Below are positions 27,064 to 44,744 of a DNA stretch of 64,000 nucleotides, in pieces. Origin of the DNA: Octopus vulgaris (taxonomy: Eukaryota). Every line of letters begins with the position of its first letter. Position 1 is the stretch's first letter. A model generated the notes under the pieces. That model was not told where the DNA came from. It worked only from the letters and a program-made list of their open reading frames with translations, and ran no database searches. A program made the translations under genes and the position numbers. Location: NCBI GenBank assembly GCA_951406725.2, contig OX597831.1, positions 77,562,001-77,626,000 of the forward strand, in the 5' to 3' direction.

Positions 27064-27530
27064 TCTCACTCACCTCCCACATCATTAAAGTATTTGAAAG
27101 AGTGTTAAGATCAAGGATAGCTGGCTTCCTGGAGATCCACAAACTCCTAAATGCAAATCAGCATGGCTTTCGCTGTGACAGGGACTGTCTAACAAAGCTC
27201 TTACATCACATTGAAGATATACTCAAAGCCTTGGGAAAAGGTTCGAACTCTGATGTCATATATCTTGACTTCAGTAAAGTGTTCGACAGGGTTGACCATA
27301 ATATCCTACCCTCAAAATTGGCAAATGTTGGAATCCATGGAAAACTTCTACACTGGATTAAGTATTTCCTGGCGAATAGAACACAGCATGTTGTAGTTGA
27401 TAGAGTCCGCTCAAGCCCAGCAAAAGTCACCAGCAGTGTACCCAGGGGACTGTCTTGGGCCCGCTACTCTTTATAATTTACATAAACGCCCTTTCCAGTG
27501 TCGTACATTACTGCAAAGTGAAAATTAATT
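27062..27530 (+). mobile_element. CR1-group LINE reverse transcriptase fragment
   Basis: [14 protein letters not shown]...NQHGFR...[16 protein letters not shown]...SSVPRG, frameshift, then [11 protein letters not shown]. Confidence 0.9.
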
Positions 27531-28223
27531 GACACGCGAGCGCCTCCATCATCGTCATCATCGTTATCATCATCATCATCTGCATCAGCATCATCATTAT
27601 TACTATTATTGTTATTAAGATTTCGTTTCTTCTTTTTTTCTCCTCCTCCTCCTCTTCCTTCCCCTTCTTCTTCTTCTTCTTCTTCTTCTTCTTCTTCTTC
27701 TCCTCCTCCTTCCCTTCTTCGTCTTCTTCTTCGTCGTCGTCTTCTTCTTCTTCTTCTTCTTCTTCTCCTCCTTCTTCTCCTCCTCCGCCTCCTATTTCTT
27801 CTACTTCTCCTCCTCCTCCTCCTCCTCCTTCTTCTTCTCCTCCTCCTCCTCCTCCTCCTTCTTCTTTCTGTCTCTATTTCACTCTTTCTGCCAAACAGTC
27901 TAGTCTTTTCCACATTTACAAATACTCGACTGATATTTAACAACGCAGCATCACACACCAACCAACAGACCGACCAACAAAGAAACTGCTTTCGCTCCAC
28001 CTTTCCATCCCCTGTAGGTGGAGAAGGTGTGTGATTGACTGTCACAGTGTAATAAATTAGTTGACGATGGAGCAGAGGCAGTGTAGGGGCAGACAAACCT
28101 TAATGAATAAAGTAACGCTTTCTTGAATTAAATGCAATTAACAGCATTAATTACAGAACAATAGTTTTAAAAAGTCCTCAGAATATATGTAGTATAAGTG
28201 GTTTTGTCGCGAGCAATAGGGAA

Positions 28224-28260
28224 GTTTGTCGTTTCGGACGGAAGTCCTTCATCGTAAAAG
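28224..28260 (-). ncRNA. Degenerate/variant minimal hammerhead motif
   Basis: TTTT-ACGATGA-A-GGAC-TTCC-GTCC-GAAAC-GAC-AAA; stem II perfect, core C3U4 replaced by AC. Confidence 0.45.
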
Positions 28261-28904
28261 TCAGATTTCACCCACGTCTATACGGGTAACTAAATTTCTG
28301 TTTCTTTTACCTTAGAAGAGGGACTATATGCATGTCTTGTTTCATAGCCTTAGAAATTGCTGGAAGAATAAGAAATTCTCCAGCGAGTAGAAACTTGATC
28401 CAAAGGCTTGCAAGAGAGAGTGTGGGCATTCTGCTAAAGTCCTTCAAAGATCAAGACGAGGATATAAATTTAAATTCAGATATAGTTCTCTGACCGACTT
28501 CCCCGTTCTATGAAATTCCACCGTCAAGATGTTGATCAATTCAATATACTGTTAGATTCTTGTTGAATATGTCGCGCAAGATTTGGACCTGAATCTGGGC
28601 TTGGGTTTCATTTTTCCTCTGTTGCAGTATTCAAACCGATCATTAATAAATCGACAAGATTCTTTTGGGGGTTTTTGAGCATATGACGAGTTAGTGACTG
28701 AATATGTGTGTGTTGAATAAACTTGCATTCAAACACTTGTTATGCATGTCCCTTTAGTACACAAGTGAGTGCTTTTGTGTGCTTTTCTGTGCATCTATGA
28801 TCAGATGAATTTAAGTTCATGCAAATTTGAAATCAGAACTTAAAACCTGCATCTAACAGTCGTTTTGTCCGATGTTGTAATCTTTCTGCTTATTCACCGT
28901 TCTC

Positions 28905-29112
28905 AGTAACATCACAAGTCCTGAAATTTTGGGGGAGGAGACTAGTCGATTACATCGACCGTAGTGTTCCATTGGTACTTAATTTATCGACCCCGAAAGG
29001 ATGAAAGACAAAGTCGACCTCGGCGGAATTTGAACTTAGAACGTAGCGGCAGATGAAATACCGCTGAGCATTTCGCCCTGCGTACTAACGATTCTGCCAG
29101 CTCGCCGCCTTA
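28905..29112 (-). mobile_element. SINE family B variant
   Basis: AAAGTCGACCTCGGCGGAATTTGAAC...GCCAGCTCGCCGCCTT. Confidence 0.88.
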
Positions 29113-29367
29113 ATAATATCAACAATAATAACAATAATCCTGTATACTGTTGTCAAAAAGGTCTGAAATTTTATGAAAGGGAGCGCGTTGATTACATCGA
29201 CTCCAACACTCATAGTTATTTTATTGACCCCCGTAAAGATTAGAAACAGTATTTCCTCTCAGAACGTGAAGTCGGATGAAACGCCGGAGACAACAGAAAA
29301 AGAAAAGGAAAGAAAAAACCATGACCACTGCTCTTACCAATTCTGATAATCAATAACTGCTTTAAGG

Positions 29368-29690
29368 AACACTCCGTCGGTTACGACGACGAGGGTCCCA
29401 GCTGATACGATCGAAGGAACAGCTTGCTCGTGAAATTAATGTGCAAGTGGCTGAGCAATCCACAGACACATGTACCCTTAACGTAGTTCTCAAGGAGATT
29501 TAGCGTGAAATAGAGTGTGACAAGGCTGGTCCTTTGAAATACGGGTACTACTCATTTTTGCCAGCTGAGTGGAGTGGAGCAACGGGAAATAAAGTGTCTT
29601 GCTCAATGATACAACGAGTCGCCGGGAATTGAACACACGACTTAACAATCGTGAGTCGAATGCCTCTAACCATTAAGCCACGCGCCTTCA
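29368..29690 (-). mobile_element. SINE family C-related variant
   Basis: Shares CACTCCGTCGGTTACGACGACGAGGG tail; head GGCGCGTGGCTTAATGGTTAGAGG on the minus strand. Confidence 0.82.
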
Positions 29691-29784
29691 CAATAACTGC
29701 TTTAGAATAACGTCAGACATATTTGAGAAGAAGCGAAAGTCTATTAAACCAAGCTTAGTAACTGAGTCGTCGTCGTCGTCGCCG

Positions 29785-29815
<31 letters not shown>

Positions 29816-30639
29816 ACGCTCTTACACCGTGTTGGTGGCACTACAGCGAAAGTCTTCCCGAATAAGGCGCGAGTTCCCCCATCGGATGAAGACATAGCAT
29901 TACTATGTTTTGACTTTCTCATAGTGTTTCGTTGACCAGAAATATCGTGGTGGTTCGACATTCATTTGACCCAACTGGGTGGCCGTTGGCCTACACGTAG
30001 CACCTCCCCCCCCCCTCCGCTTCAACAGGTCTTGTTTTAAATCCTGCTGCTTGTCCAAACAGCCTCCACAAAAGAATAGCAGGCAAAAATACTTGTGTAC
30101 TACTTCATTTTATCGACCCCAGAATGACAAAAGACGGGCGGGATTTTAAAAGAGAACGCATTGTATTGATGTGTACAATGCATATATAAATATATATAAT
30201 ATATATATATAATACGTATAATGCATATATAAATGCTATATAATAGGTTTTTGCTTTGACGTCATGGTTGAGAAGAGATATGACGTCACATATAAATACT
30301 TAAATACATACAAGAATGTTTGTATTCATACTTGCCGTGAATATAATTTTTTTCTTTTCTTTGGTAAAGTCTGGCCGGGTGGTTAAGAGATACACTTTAC
30401 TAACAATTGAATCCGGGTTCGATCCAATTCTCTCAATTCTCTCTGTTTCTCTCAATTCATCACCTTCCTCTGGTTTCTCTTTGTTAAGACTGAAGAGGGG
30501 TGGGTGAACCTTTGGCGTTCGCAGTCCATTGTCTCTGGCTTTCGTGGGTGTTCTTAGATCGGCGAGATGGACGCCATAAACCATTTCCCTCGTGAACGGG
30601 TTCAAGCTGATGATTCACTTAGTTCCTTCGCCTCCCGTG

Positions 30640-30925
30640 GACCATAAACCATCGATGACTTCTCCCGACGGAAGTCTTTCCTCTCCAAGATCATATCGGT
30701 TTTCAATTGTCATCGATGCTTCCATAACTTTGCTATTTTCTAGGTAGGGTCGTTGGCTCTATACAAATCCAGTTTTACCTTTGGGAATAGGTGGATCATA
30801 TTAGCCTAGCCGCTATCCTTTGTCCTGTCCAGGTTGAGGGGCTCTTCAAGGATTTTTTGCTACACTAGCATAACAATTAGGGTAACTGAGGCATCCAATC
30901 CACCACATCACAACAAGGACTGGAC
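30640..30925 (-). mobile_element. Degenerate RTE-type LINE 5' region
   Basis: Pattern CCTTTGTCCTGTCCAGGTTGAGGGG...AGCATAAC...GGGTAACTGAGGCATCCAATCCACCACATCACAACAAGG recalled from RTE 5' UTRs (unverified). Confidence 0.35.
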
Positions 30926-32322
30926 CTTGGGATGGTGGAGATTGATGACCCACAGAACAAAATGGGAAAGTGTTAGTATTCCAGGGACCGGATATTCTAG
31001 GTGCTAGAATGGTTGGATGTAGTGTTCTTGACTGCATGCTTTGAGGGAGAGTCATCATTTCTTTTTTCTCTCCGCCTGCGGCACATTGGCGCACTAACAT
31101 GAGATCGCTGAATTCATAGTATGGATCTGTGTTATTTGACAAACCCCTTATTAATTTCATCAACCGTACTCTTCCGTCCTGCCTGATGGCATGTTGAAAG
31201 GGGTTATTAATTTCGGAGTTTCCCATCCCCTAGTTTGATTGCTTTCAACTCAGAGAAGGAGCTCAATCGACTCTTACAAAAAATCTATTTGACCTATACA
31301 TGGGACCTTGAGAAGAACTACTATTCCGGGTCAGAATGAACCTGAGAGTAATGGTGATTAAGGGGTCACTCTACACTCCTAAGCTGGAGCCTCACCACCG
31401 GTTGCAGTTGAATATCATGCATGTGAGGGTGGCTATTAAATATGGTTGATTCGAAGAGATGGGTTTAGTGTATTGGGGAACGTTTTGTAATTATTAAAAC
31501 GTCGCATCAAATCTCCAGATCACAAATCCTAGGTCCTGGAGGATAGATACTGCATAGTGTGCGTGTGTGTATTACGGGCTTCCACACATTTTCTTTCAGC
31601 CGAATCCACTCAAGGCATTGGTCGACTCAGGGCTATAGTAGAAGACACTTATGTAAGCCACATCGCTGTAGGATTGAATCCGAAAGCACATGGTTTCCTA
31701 TTTTCATTCTTTTCCAGGACAGTGATCACAAGCTCTTTAGCAGTGTTTCTATAAACAGTTGGAAAAAGATCTTGATATTGGCTAGAATTCTTAACACAAA
31801 TTGGAATCTGCTAAAGGAATTTACGGTGTAGATGGCGATGCTTGAACTGGGTGAAATTTTTCAGTAATTTTGTGGTACATGGACGCGCAGAAGCCACGGC
31901 AAGGGCTTCTACACAGTTTTCGTTTGACTAGTTTCACCCATTTAGTCATGGGTTGATCAGAGAATATGGAATGAGACTCTGTGGCAATGTGACGCGCGAT
32001 GGAATGGCACCTGGAACCTAGGGTCATGTAATAGTAAAGCCGTACTTGTTAACCACCCAACATGCCTTTAATAAAGGAAGACCAAACATTTTCATAACAA
32101 GTCGCTTGAGATGTGAACAGGTTTTTTTTTCTGTGATGTCACAGCTCCAGTGAGCCATGAAATCGACGCAAAAAGCATTCATGTGTGTGTGTGTGTGTAT
32201 GTGTGTGTGTGTGAGTGTGAGTGTGTGAGTGTGAGTGTGTGTGTGTGTGAGTGAATGTATGTATGTATATGTGTGTGTGTATACAAGCGTGTATGTTCAT
32301 ATATGCGTAATGTGGGTCTGTG

Positions 32323-32367
<45 letters not shown>

Positions 32368-32812
32368 CGCATGTGTGTGTGTGTGTGTGTTATTCACAGA
32401 TAGGACTACTTTAATATGAACGAAATAGATCATACAACTACCACACCCCCAACTATTACAAATAGTAAACAAAATGGCCGGCGAGGTAGCCTTTCGCTCA
32501 ACCAAGGCTAAATTTAGGTGGACGGGTATAAGAAATAAGCATGGACGGGTGGCAAATCCATTAATCTTAATACCTTAATCAGGTATTTCTATATTTTTAC
32601 AGAATCTTCTTTTGTATTATTTTAAAAATATTACAAAAAATATCTTCCTGTTGTTGTTAGACGCTGTCCGTGTATCAGGGTATTTAAATAATGACTGTGT
32701 CTGTCTGTCTGTCTGTCTTTCTCTCTCTGTCTATCTGTCAGTGTGTCTAACTCTCTCTCTCTCTCCACCTGTCTGTCTTTCTCTCTCAATATATCTGTCT
32801 GTCTGTCTCTTC

Positions 32813-32882
<70 letters not shown>

Positions 32883-34060
32883 GTCTGTCTGTCTATCTAT
32901 CTGCATGTCTCTGTTTTTCTCTCTCTCTGTCTATCTGTCTATCTCTCTGTCTTTTTGTGCCTATCTATCTGTCTATCTCTGTCTATCTCCGTCTCTATGT
33001 GTCTGCCTCTTTCTCTCTTTCTATCTGTCTGTCTCCCTCTCTCTGTCTATCTGTCTCTATCTGTCTATCTGTCTCTATTTGCCTCTCTCTTTCTGTCTGT
33101 CTGTCTTTCTCTCTTTCTCTTTCTCTCTCTGTCCATCTGCCTGTCTCTCTGTGCCTATCTGTCTGTCTCTGCCTGAGTATCTATCTGTTTCTGTACCTGA
33201 CTCTCTCTCTCTCTTCCTCTTGCTCTGTTTATCTTTCACTCTGTATGTCTATCTCTCTTTCTGTCTATCTCTTTGTGTCTATCATACTATGTCTCTCTTT
33301 CTTTCTCTCTCTGTCCCTGTCCCTCTCACTCTCTCTGTTTATTTGTCTACCTGTCTTTCTGTATCTCTCTGTCTGTCTATCTGTCTAGCTGTCTCTTTCT
33401 CCCCCCTCCCACTCTCTCTGCTTATCTCTCTTTCTCTCTGTCTCTCTGACTGGGTTTGACTGTTTCTGTCTGTCTGTCTGTCTCTGTTTCTGTCTTTCTC
33501 TTTTTATCTCTGGCTATCCTATCCCTGACTATCGTTCTCTAGCTGCCTTTTTGGTCATCCATATTATATACAGTGTACGGAAGTAAGTAACGATTCTAAG
33601 ACATTCCAAATGATAAACAATTTCATTCACAAGTGGTCGTGTGGGAGTTAAGGATTCGCAACAGCAACAACAACAACAACTGCAGCAGCAGCAGCAGCAT
33701 TCGTGGCATCAGCAACTGTAATTGGAATTTTATCTCTGGTTACGTTTTTGTGTACCTCGCCTTCTTACGTAGTGAAAGCATTTTGGCCGACCTGCTGTCA
33801 GTCTTTCTCTTTCATACTCCACCACCATCACCATCACCACACACTTTATCTGTCCATCTCATTCTCTCTCTCTCTCTCTCTCACTCACACACACACACAC
33901 ACGCACACACACACACACACACACACCTATACACTCACACAAATTCAGATACACCAACGGACTTACTCATATGCCTAATTAAGTAATTGTCTTTTCCGTG
34001 CGAAGTGTGTATGTGTTTGGTTATGTGTGTACATGCGTATGTTTGTGCATGTATGTATGT

Positions 34061-34105
<45 letters not shown>

Positions 34106-34132
34106 GTGTATATATATATGTGTGTATATGTT

Positions 34133-34180
<48 letters not shown>

Positions 34181-34519
34181 TCGGTTAGAGGTTATGTTGA
34201 AGGGATGGTATCATCCAAGGAAATACTGGTTCAATACATAATATTTTTTTGTGGGGGGTGATTGATTTCCTGAAAATAATAGGTTTGTATATAAACTATA
34301 GTTTATATTCATGCAAAGGAAAAAAGAAAATGGAGATTTTAAAGTTAATAAGAGTTTTATTATCAGTAACAATTAATCATTATCACTTACAGCTGTTTCA
34401 ATTATACATAGTGGAGTTAATTAAATATTGAATTCATATTTCTGAGCATAATCTCTTCAGAGGGAAAGAATATACCCCGAGATGTTATATATATTTGTTT
34501 GTAAATTCATCGCAGCAGA

Positions 34520-34592
<73 letters not shown>

Positions 34593-34849
34593 ATATATAT
34601 ATATATACTTTGTTAAAAAATTATTGAACTTTATTTGTTGGCCATTGTGGCATTTTGTTGTTAACAATATTTCTTCGGACTGTAAATAGTCTTTCTAGAC
34701 TACTTTTTGTGCTCCTCCCACAAACGGGGGGGGGGGGGACTTTTTTGTTGAACTGTTTTATTTTAAAAAATTATTGTCCCCTTCAAGAGGAAGTCTTTTT
34801 AATAGATTTCTCAGTTTTGTGGAACCAAATTTAATTTTTTGTGTATTTG

Positions 34850-38500
<3,651 letters not shown>

Positions 38501-38581
38501 TGTGCGCGCATGTTACGCATGAGTTTGTTTGCATGCACACTCTGAGGACATGTTACACACCCGCTCACACTAACTCACAAG

Positions 38582-38663
<82 letters not shown>

Positions 38664-39889
38664 TTCTCTCTCTCTCACACACACACACACACTCTCTCTC
38701 TCACACATACTCTCTTTCTCACACGCATATTCTCTCACGCACACTCTCTCACTCTTACTCTCTCTCTCTCATTTTCTCTCTCATTCACACACTCTCTTAC
38801 ACGTTCTCACACACACTCACCCTCTCATACACTCTCACACACACTCTCGCTCTCTCACATACACATACACACATAAAGAGGCACACACGCACGCGCAGTC
38901 GGTGTTAGATGCTGACGTCAAAGTATGTTAGGAATGTCAACAGTTGTGATGTCAACAATAAAGACTTTAATGGTGGATTTGTGTCTCACTGGGAACGGTA
39001 GAACCTAAGTAATAATGATATGACAATAGAGGGGGAGAGGGGGTAGTGAGAGATGGTGAGAGTGACTGCAGGTGACAGAGAGAGAGAGAGAGAGAGAGAG
39101 AGGGAAGGAGACAGTGAGTGATTGTATGTGACAGAGAGGGAGTGAGAGATGGGGCAGTGTTATTAGGAGCAGACAACGCGTTGATATGAGTACGAGCGGC
39201 GAATGAATGAGAAAATATGTGTGTACATGTTTCTGCATTTACTAATGTTTCTGCATACAAGACAAAGATAGATCGAAGAATAGACTTATAGGTTCATACA
39301 TAACCTAAATATCTCCCGTGTCCTTCCCCCCTACTGTCTGTACATACATACAACCGCGCGCGCGTGTTTAATGTCTTTCTTTATGATCAGAATTGCTTTC
39401 ACTTTGCTTTCGGTGTTTTTGGAATTTTACCTGGTGAAACTTCATTTGAATTTCTTTCTTACCTTTTCATTCCGTTTTCTTTTCTTTTCTATTTATTTAT
39501 TTTTTTCTTCTATTTATTATTAATTTGTTTTTACTAACCTTTTACATGAACAAGTAATAAGTTATTCTCGTATGCTTCGTTGCTCTGTTTGGGGGAAAAT
39601 AAAACTTGAATTTTCCAAATAATTTTCCGTCCACACTTAAATTAACTTCATGGTTATTTAATGCAGAAACAAACTTCAAAACACGAAAGAAAAACGCGAT
39701 TGGTAAACAAACAAAACAAAAATCAAACAATCAAATAAATAAATAAAATTTCTGATAAATACACAGGTTTCACAGCAAGAAAACAATTTAATTTTCTGAG
39801 AAAGAACAACATTAATTTGAACAATTTAAAGAGCACGATTAACGATAACAACGCGTTTTACAAAATGCAATGCAAAAAATGAACTCCAT

Positions 39890-40085
39890 CAGTTACGACG
39901 ACGAGGGTTCAGGTTGATCCGTTTCCCCTGTTCTCATGACGTAGCTCTCGAGAAGGTTCCGCGTGACACAGAATGTAAGAATGTAACAAGGTTGGCCTTT
40001 TAAATTACTGGTACAGCACATTTTTGCCAGCTGAGTGGACTGGAGCAACGTCAAATAAAGTGTCTTGTTCAACGACAAGACAACT
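39890..40085 (-). mobile_element. SINE family C-related fragment
   Basis: GTTACGACGACGAGGGTTC...GCCAGCTGAGTGGACTGGAGCAAC. Confidence 0.7.
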
Positions 40086-41052
40086 AAGCGACTTAAGTGG
40101 GATTTGAAATTACAACGTTTAATCGAAATAAAGACACTTTCTTCAACAAACTGTTACAGCTTCCCTAATCTTCAATACTTCTGAATATTATTATTAGTTT
40201 TTTTTTTTATCCTTGTTGACAAAAAAATGTACAATGCCTACGGCACGACACGATCTCGTGACATAGAGATGAGTTCCTGGGTGTCCTCTTGACTTCTGCA
40301 CTTCAAATGGATTTCTTGTTAACAGTGAAGCCTTAAGCAAGAAAGTAATTTTTTTAAAAACTTTTTTAGTGTGTGTGTATGTATGTGTGTGTGCATGTGT
40401 GTGTGCATGTGTGTGTGTGTTTAAAAAATGGAATAACATATACAGAGAACTTCATACCACTTGCTGGTGGATACGTTTATAGGAATTAGATGCAGTTGAA
40501 TTATTTAGAGAGAGTTATATTATTTTCTAGGCTACAAGACGGTTCGTAAATAAAATTGTCAGGCCATGAAGGTGGCGGGTAATGTTTTATACTATTTGTT
40601 CTGGGTCTGTACATTCGAAGTTCAAATCCTGCCGAAGTCAATTTTGCCTTTCATTATTTTGAGGCCGATAAAATGTTAGTAAAATACAAGAGTCATTAAG
40701 CAAAAATGCTAGTTCTGAAATCTCTCTATGGGACATCTTGGGGTTAGAAAATTGCAGTAGAGACCGCTCGAACGGACAGCCAGGTTAAAGTGGCTACGAA
40801 TATTACTAGAGTCAATGTTATCGACCAATTTTTGCGTCCAATTTTCAGACCTTAAGAAAGAATTATTTTCTCATTAACTAAACATTTCCAAGTAAATAAA
40901 TGAACAAAATCCTTTACGATTAGATAAAGATTTCAGTTCCAATGAATCAATTGTTGTAAAAATACAAAAATTGTCTAATATTGACATGAAGAATTATTCA
41001 ATGCCTTTCACAAGAGTAAAATGTTCTTTTTACAAAGAAAAAGTTGACAGAT

Positions 41053-41589
41053 AGGCGCGGGTGTGGCTGTGGGGTAAAGAGGCTTGCTTCCCAGCCGCAT
41101 GGTTTCGTGTTTAGTCTCACTGCGTGGCACCTTGGGTAAGTGCTTTCTACCTCGGGCATGAGTGGATTTGGTAGACGGAAACTGAACGAAACCCGTCGTA
41201 TATATATATATATATATATGTTTCTTTCTTACCCACAAGGGGCTAAACATAGAGGAGACAAACAAGGACAGACAAACGAATTAAGTCGATTACATCGACC
41301 CCAGTGCGTAACAGGTACTTAATTTATCGACCCCGAAAGGATGAAAGGCAAAGTCGACCTCGGCGGAATTTGTGTGTGTGTGTATGTTTGTGTGTCTCTG
41401 TTTGTCCCACCATCGTCGCTTGACAAGTGATGTTTGTGTGTTCATGTCCCCGAAACTTAGCAGTTCGGCAAAAGAGATCAATAGGATAAGTATTTGGCTT
41501 ACAAAGAATAAGTCCCGGGGTCGATTTGTTCAAATAAAAGGTGATGCTCCAGCATGGCTGCAATCAAATGACTGAAACAAGTAAAAGAG
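41053..41589 (+). mobile_element. SINE family A with a nested, opposite-strand SINE B fragment (41221-41371) in its internal microsatellite
   Basis: SINE A head and tail flank CTTACCCACAAGGGGCTAAAC...GTCGACCTCGGCGGAATTTG. Confidence 0.85.
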
Positions 41590-41591
41590 AT

Positions 41592-41628
41592 ACTTCGACG
41601 TTCCGGTCATGTATCCTTCATCGTAAAT
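41592..41628 (-). ncRNA. Degenerate/variant minimal hammerhead motif
   Basis: TTT-ACGATGA-A-GGAT-ACAT-GACC-GGAAC-GTC-GAA; same ACGATGA variant as 28224-28260. Confidence 0.35.
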
Positions 41629-41714
41629 TTCATGCCCTTCTCTTCTAATCTTCGAAGTAACGATAAACCTTTGCCTCGTCAAAATGTGGATGTCTGTTTA
41701 TATTCACTGATGTT

Positions 41715-42150
41715 AAATCGTGTGGTTTAGTGGACAGGGTGTTCGCTTCACGAATGTAAGGTCGTGAGATCAATCTTGAGTATATCTTCAGGCTGACCAG
41801 AGCCATGAGAGTGAATTTGGTAGACGGAAACTGAAAGAAGCCGGTAGTATATGCGTGTGTATGTGTATGTGTGTGTGTGTGTGTTTGTGTGTGTGTGTTT
41901 GTGTTTGTGTGTTTATTTGTGTTTGTTGCCCGCAAACGCTTGACAGCTACTGCTGGTCTTCGTTTATGTAACCCCCACAGCGTAACTTAGCAGTTCGTTC
42001 ATAACGGACCGATAGAATAAGTAGAAGACTTTTAAAGGAAAACTAATGGAATCGATTCATTTGACAATTAATAAAAAGAAACAACAAAATTTCAAGACGG
42101 TGCTCCAGTATGGCCACAATCCATTGATCGAAATGAGTAAGAGATAAAAG
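41715..42150 (+). mobile_element. Older SINE family A-related copy
   Basis: GAATTTGGTAGACGGAAACTGAAAGAAGCC...GGTGCTCCAGTATGGCCACA. Confidence 0.7.
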
Positions 42151-42349
42151 ATATGTGTGCGTGTATGAGTGTATGTGTATACACATACAGTATATTTATG
42201 TATGTATGTATATATATATATGTATATGCTGTATATATATATATGTATATGGTGTATATATATACTATCTCTCTCTCTCTTTCTCTCTCTCTCTCTATAT
42301 ATATATATATTATACTTATATTTATATCTATCTATATATATATATACTA

Positions 42350-42416
<67 letters not shown>

Positions 42417-42441
42417 TGTATATATATATATATCTATATAT

Positions 42442-42473
<32 letters not shown>

Positions 42474-43161
42474 GCATTTATAGTGTCCCATAATGACTTG
42501 CTACCTGTGCTTATCTATGTGTGTGTGTGCATGTATGCGTGTGTGTATGTATGTGTGTGTGCATGTATGCGTGTGTGCGTGTAACAATTGATATATGTAA
42601 CAGTAAATATACAACTGTCATAAACTCGCAGAATATCTATGTATTTATTTTTAGCATTTTGTTGCATATTTATTTTATTTCATCATTATTATTATTATTA
42701 CCATTATTATTGTTATTATTATTATTAGTATTTTAATGTCAAATGTTAAATGTCGAAGGTCAAATATATATATATAAAAAAAAGGCTGAATCTCCAATGT
42801 TATTGACAAACTAAATTCTTTCTGCTCGTAAATATGATATTCGTCTTACGCAATTCTATTTCTGACATTTACGACATTCTTCAATTAGAAGGAGCAGCAG
42901 TATAAAAGCGTATGCAAAGCATGTGTGTGTGTATGTGTATGTGTGTGTGTGTGTGTGTACGTGTGTGTTTGCATGCTTGAATCTATGTGTGCTTAAAAAA
43001 ACATATATAACGCCGTTGTGGAATTCCATAGTACTACCGCATTTGTTTCATAAATACAACTTCATAGAAATATATATATATATAGGTAACATGCTAACGT
43101 AACAAAGCAATTTTATATTTTTATATACTACTAAATAGCCAGTAAACGTGTGTATATGATA

Positions 43162-43210
<49 letters not shown>

Positions 43211-43269
43211 AATGTGAGGATAAAATTCCTATTTGGCATTAGAATTTTTTTCCTTTGCCCTCATTTATG

Positions 43270-43323
<54 letters not shown>

Positions 43324-43415
43324 GGGGGGTTATTTGATCTCTTACAGCTCAAGCCGTAAGTAGTCTGCTCGCGTGTGTGTGTGCCTGTGTAATGTATGTA
43401 CATATATGCATGTAT

Positions 43416-43501
<86 letters not shown>

Positions 43502-43567
43502 TACCATAAGATGTGTCTCGGAGATATCTTACGGTAGTGAAATAATATTTAATTGCTATTTCTGAAT

Positions 43568-43681
43568 TTCGGTATGTGATGAAGCAATATTGTTGAATCC
43601 TAATTATAATTATACTTTTAATTATAGAATTTTTGTAAAAGAACCACTATCGGCAGATAGTGGTTCTTTTAACATACCGAA
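43568..43681 (+). ncRNA. Degenerate type I hammerhead with long stems
   Basis: Stem I TTCGGTATG/CATACCGAA; core TGATGA-A-GCAA...TTGT-A-AAA; stem III AAAGAACCACTATC-GGCA-GATAGTGGTTCTTT. C3 and G12 are missing. Confidence 0.55.
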
Positions 43682-43739
43682 CTACTTGCTAAAATTATTA
43701 ATTATTAATTGATTAATTAATTTTACCCTTTATTATTAT

Positions 43740-43798
<59 letters not shown>

Positions 43799-44234
43799 GT
43801 TAGGAATAAAACTATTGTATCTGAGAAGACAACAAACCAATACAAATAACTCGATGGTTCAATTTGAGTTTATAGATTTTCTCCGTGTGAATCACCAAGT
43901 TGTAATTAGGGGAGTTCGAATCAAAAATGCATGTATAACATTATTTATGGTTTAAGAGGAAAGCGAGTGAGCGAAGTATGCTGCATACAAAATGTGTAGG
44001 AGGGAAATTCGTGAAAGGAGGAAAGGCGAGGAAAGGGAAGCGGGGCAATCAACAATGCATCAAATAGGTCGATCATAACCTGAGAATTTAAGGTACTAAA
44101 GTGCTGCGACTAGATTAAATAACAGAAAACTTCTGGGTCGAAAGAATTTTAGATAGCTTATGGTCTTTGTATGATTAGAATGTCTTAGAGTTATTGTTCA
44201 AGTAGAAGTCGTTGGGAAAGGAAATAACTGAAAG

Positions 44235-44460
44235 GTCGGAGAAATGGTTTGAAATATTTTAGCAATTCAAAGCGTTTATGCAAACAAGAAGACATTAGTT
44301 CTGAATGACGATTAAAGGACGGTAAGATTGTACTTCCTAGTCATCTGAAAATAATTTTCAAAGTAGACTGTTTGTTGGAATGGAAATAGTTTGGCAAACA
44401 CATTCTAACCCATTTAAATTCTAATTTCGAGTTATTTACATCTAAGATTCTGGATAATGC
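44235..44460 (-). mobile_element. Possible Penelope-like (Neptune/Naiad-type) ORF C-terminal remnant
   Basis: Minus strand FNRHSELMSSCLHKRFELLK resembles the LN.RSE...C.H tail of these elements. Confidence 0.4.
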
Positions 44461-44744
44461 CGTTGTTTCTAAACTGGTCGCAAAAAGTGTCTAGGTGTTG
44501 GCGGGAAAAGTGAAATAGATACTGTGTACAGTCTACAAACAGTACTAATTTTAACACTGGTGCAATAAACTGTCCTTTAGAAGTACATTTACAGTGAAGT
44601 GGCAAGTTGCTTGGTGCATTTAAATGCAAAATTTTGAAAGTTTTATAATGAATGTAATGATTTCCGGTTAAATAGTTTTACAAATAGACTAAGATCTCGT
44701 CTGCAGAATTGGAAACAGCTTAGAAACAGATGAAGAAAATCTAT

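Noticed and set aside
34420-34464. Hammerhead-like CTGAAGA-GA..TC-A-GAAATAT..ATATTTA on the minus strand
   Set aside because: Stem I cannot pair and stem II is only 2 bp; may be a remnant but is not supportable.
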